DNA of 64,000 nt from Patescibacteria group bacterium. Its GTDB lineage: Bacteria; Patescibacteriota; Minisyncoccia; UBA10092. Every line of letters begins with the position of its first letter. Position 1 is the stretch's first letter. The translations under genes were made by a program, and so were the position numbers. Under the pieces are notes generated by a model, which worked only from the letters and a program-made list of their open reading frames with translations, ran no database searches and had not been told where the DNA came from. This document shows, in pieces, positions 61,458 through 64,000 of this stretch. The stretch covers positions 724-64,723 of the forward strand of contig JBDRMC010000004.1 in NCBI GenBank assembly GCA_043812515.1. Reading direction: 5' to 3'.

Positions 61458-61498
61458 TTTTAGTAAAAATACGATTTATTAGATGATAAGTCAAAATT

Positions 61499-61520
61499 AA
61501 AAACCCCCGCTTAGCGGGGG
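61499..61520 (-). terminator. Rho-independent terminator of nrdJ
   Basis: Minus strand reads CCCCCGC-TAA-GCGGGGG followed by TTTTT (complement of 61499-61503). Confidence 0.75.
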
Positions 61521-61530
61521 TAAATTTATT

Positions 61531-63981
61531 TTAACAGAGAGTAAAAGAACACTCTCTGCATTTTGTGCATCCTTCTTCGTAAATCAAGGTACCTTGGTGG
61601 CACTGCGGACAATAGTTGCCACGAATCGGTGCGGCTTCTTTTCCATTTCCATTTTCGGGACTAATGGGGTCTTCTTCACCGACGTCTTCTTTAGCTGTTT
61701 CTTCAAACCCAAATCGTTTCAAATAGATATCGATCGCTTTACCAATTCCATCGGCAATTGATTTTACTTTTTCCTTACCGTATCCAGCGGTTCTGCTCCC
61801 GCCAATACCACTAAGGTGATTTCTTATGCGTATCAATTTTCCGATTGGTGAAAGCGGTGATTCCTCCCTCAATAACTCCGATATTAGTCGGCCCATTGCC
61901 TCTGCGTCGGCCGCGGCATCTGTGCCGGCCTTGGCCACAGTTATGAAAATTTCAAATGGCTCCTTGGGGCCAACATCAGCATCCCAATTTATGGTTATGA
62001 AAGCGGCTCCATCGGGCGTCTCCACTTTAATTGTGGTTCCCAAGATTTCAGGACGGGAACGGATAAACCCTTTTGTTGTTTTAACTGCCGGCTTTTTTCC
62101 AATTCCGACAGAAAATACTTGACCTTTGCAACCGTCCCTGAAAACTGTTACTCCCAGGCATTCGCTTTTGTAGGCCAATAAAAAAGCGCTTTTAACATCT
62201 TCTTCTGTTGCCGAATTTTTCAAATTGATGGTTTTACTAACGCCGTTGTCAACATGTTTTTGAAACGCGGCTTGCATTTTCACATGCCACTCCGGCGAAA
62301 TTTCATGTGCTGTCATAAAGATCTTTTTAACGTCGTCGGGAATGCCATTCATATTGCCTATTTCCCCGCAATTTTTCACTTCTTCTTCAAGCATTTGGGA
62401 ATAAAATCCCCGCTCTCTTGCCCATTCTAAAAATCTTTCCAAGCTTGGAGAAAAAATATACAAAACACGATTCTCATACCGATGAATTCTGGTAAGACCA
62501 TAATTTGGTTCAATCCCCGCGGAGCATCCTCCCAAAATGGAAAGTTCTCCAGTTGGCGCAATGGTTGTAATGGTGCAATTTCTGATTGGCGCTTCATTTT
62601 TATAAATACTTTTATCCCAAAGCGGAAATGATCCTCTGATTTTTGCTAATTGCTCTGATTCATCATGGCCCGCATCATTTATAAATCCCATTATTTTTCG
62701 AGCAAGGTCGCAAGCCTCATTTGAGGCATAGGAAATTCCCAAATAAGCCAGCATATCGGCCCATCCCATAACTCCGAGACCGATTCGTCTTATTTTGTGG
62801 GCGAACTCCATAATTTGAGGCATCGGATAAGGATTCAAGTCAATGACATTATCAAGGAAATGAACTCCTAACCGAACCGTGTCTCTTAATGTGTCCCAAT
62901 CAATTATATATTCATTGCCTTCTACTTTGGACACAAATCTTATAAGAGAAACCGAACCCAAATTACAAACGTCATACGGAAACAGCGGTTGTTCCCCGCA
63001 GGGATTTGTTGATTCGATTTTCATTAACTCCGGAATCGGATTAGCCGGTCCCCTATTAGTTTTATCAACAAACCAAAGACCGGGACAGCCGCCTTCCCAC
63101 GCCATTTTAACAATCAAATCAAAAACCATTTTGGCCTTTAATTGACCGCATACTTCACCATTTCGCGGGTCAAGCAAATCATACTCGCCGTCTTTCTCAA
63201 GCGCTTCCATAAAAATATCGGTAGCGGCAATAGAAATATTAAAGTGAGAAATTTGCGTTCCTAAAAGTAAGGTTTTCAATCCATCTAACGCTTTGCGACT
63301 GTAAATATGCGGTCTAATCCATTCGTATATTTCATTATTCTTTCCGCGAAGCATACCTTTGCAAGCTATGGCTTCCAAAATATCCGGATGATGGACATCA
63401 AACATGGCCATATTGGCGCCACGACGCGTTCCACCCTGCGTCACTTTATCAGTTGAAGCGTCAAATACTTCCAAAAAAGAAATAGGGCCCGATGATTTGC
63501 CTCGTGTTGACCCAACTATGGCATTTTTGGGGCGTAATGACGAGAATGAAAATCCCGTGCCGCCACCTGACTTGTGAATCAGGGCCTGCCATTTAATGGC
63601 ATCGTAAATTCCCTCCATTGAGTCCTCAATCGGCAGAACAAAACAAGCGGAAAATTGAAGTCCATTACCCGTGCCGGCGTTATAAAGTGTCGGCGCGTTT
63701 GGAAAGAATTTTCTCCCTGCCATCAAATCGTAAAATTTTATGGCTAACTTAATAACATCTTCTTCGGTTAGTCCATATTTTTTGTCAGCTGTGGCGATAC
63801 AGTATGCTACTCGCCAGCACATTTCTTCAATCGTTTCAAGAACTTTCCCGCTTTGATCACGTCTCAAAAATCTTTCATTAATAAGCTTCTGCGCATCAGG
63901 AGTCCAATCGTGAAATTGAACATTTTTCTTTTTTAAATCTTTCGGCATTGGCGCAATATAAACATTCTCTTCCTTTTTCAT
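61531..63981 (-). CDS. nrdJ: adenosylcobalamin-dependent (class II) ribonucleotide reductase
   Basis: 816 aa. STNPCGEQPL active-site loop, FLRRDQSGKVLET N-terminal region, C-terminal CPQC...CTKC zinc-ribbon tail. GGAGG lies 7 nt upstream of the ATG. Confidence 0.85.
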   Translation of the reverse strand: MKKEENVYIAPMPKDLKKKNVQFHDWTPDAQKLINERFLRRDQSGKVLETIEEMCWRVAYCIATADKKYGLTEEDVIKLAIKFYDLMAGRKFFPNAPTLYNAGTGNGLQFSACFVLPIEDSMEGIYDAIKWQALIHKSGGGTGFSFSSLRPKNAIVGSTRGKSSGPISFLEVFDASTDKVTQGGTRRGANMAMFDVHHPDILEAIACKGMLRGKNNEIYEWIRPHIYSRKALDGLKTLLLGTQISHFNISIAATDIFMEALEKDGEYDLLDPRNGEVCGQLKAKMVFDLIVKMAWEGGCPGLWFVDKTNRGPANPIPELMKIESTNPCGEQPLFPYDVCNLGSVSLIRFVSKVEGNEYIIDWDTLRDTVRLGVHFLDNVIDLNPYPMPQIMEFAHKIRRIGLGVMGWADMLAYLGISYASNEACDLARKIMGFINDAGHDESEQLAKIRGSFPLWDKSIYKNEAPIRNCTITTIAPTGELSILGGCSAGIEPNYGLTRIHRYENRVLYIFSPSLERFLEWARERGFYSQMLEEEVKNCGEIGNMNGIPDDVKKIFMTAHEISPEWHVKMQAAFQKHVDNGVSKTINLKNSATEEDVKSAFLLAYKSECLGVTVFRDGCKGQVFSVGIGKKPAVKTTKGFIRSRPEILGTTIKVETPDGAAFITINWDADVGPKEPFEIFITVAKAGTDAAADAEAMGRLISELLREESPLSPIGKLIRIRNHLSGIGGSRTAGYGKEKVKSIADGIGKAIDIYLKRFGFEETAKEDVGEEDPISPENGNGKEAAPIRGNYCPQCHQGTLIYEEGCTKCRECSFTLC

Positions 63982-64000
63982 CGTCTTTCCTCCAGGGTTA

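Noticed and set aside
1-64000. Search for CRISPR arrays, IS elements, transposases, integrases, reverse transcriptases, toxin-antitoxin pairs and prophage blocks.
   Set aside because: I noticed no regularly spaced direct repeats and no ORF with DDE, tyrosine/serine recombinase or RT motifs. The only mobile-looking feature is the GIY-YIG cassette reported above.

Overview
This is a 64-kb, gene-dense, AT-rich chromosomal segment from a streamlined bacterium. The gene content fits a Patescibacteria/CPR (Parcubacteria-like) genome, but that placement is inference only. The supporting traits are domain-minimised aminoacyl-tRNA synthetases, near absence of Shine-Dalgarno motifs, many small secreted or membrane orphans, a full peptidoglycan plus MreBCD/RodA/PBP2 set, and tandem GT-C glycosyltransferases. 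The genetic code is standard: prfB carries the classic CTT-TGA-C +1 frameshift and TGA ends several genes. I call about 75 CDS:
- a partial dcw cluster (dac-mraY-X-ftsW-murG);
- mreBCD-mrdA;
- the rpsI to infA ribosomal/rpoA block;
- eight aaRS genes;
- def-fmt, scpAB, lepA, prfB, nrdJ and others.
I also call three tRNAs (Gly-CCC, Thr-CGU, Gln-UUG), RNase P RNA (minus strand, 4679-5070), and several promoters and terminators. I saw no CRISPR array, transposase, integrase or reverse transcriptase.
The most interesting signals are:
1. A small GIY-YIG nuclease gene sits between a duplicated 5' half of tRNA-Gln and the intact tRNA-Gln. The duplicate is itself split by an 18-bp GC-rich perfect palindrome. 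This looks like a minimal tRNA-associated mobile cassette (28124-28514).
2. An AT-rich islet lies next to that tRNA, and a G+C-rich autonomous orphan gene sits at 32030-32674.
3. A D-aminoacylase-like amidohydrolase without its HxH motif occupies the murD slot of the dcw cluster.
4. A 32-nt palindrome occurs at two distant accessory loci, and an identical 23-nt box precedes two adjacent small genes (an ArsR-like regulator and a 73-aa ORF).
5. Translation initiation is largely SD-less and probably often leaderless. The few strong SDs sit on candidate foreign genes.
All functional calls come from by-eye motif recognition only. No database search was possible.
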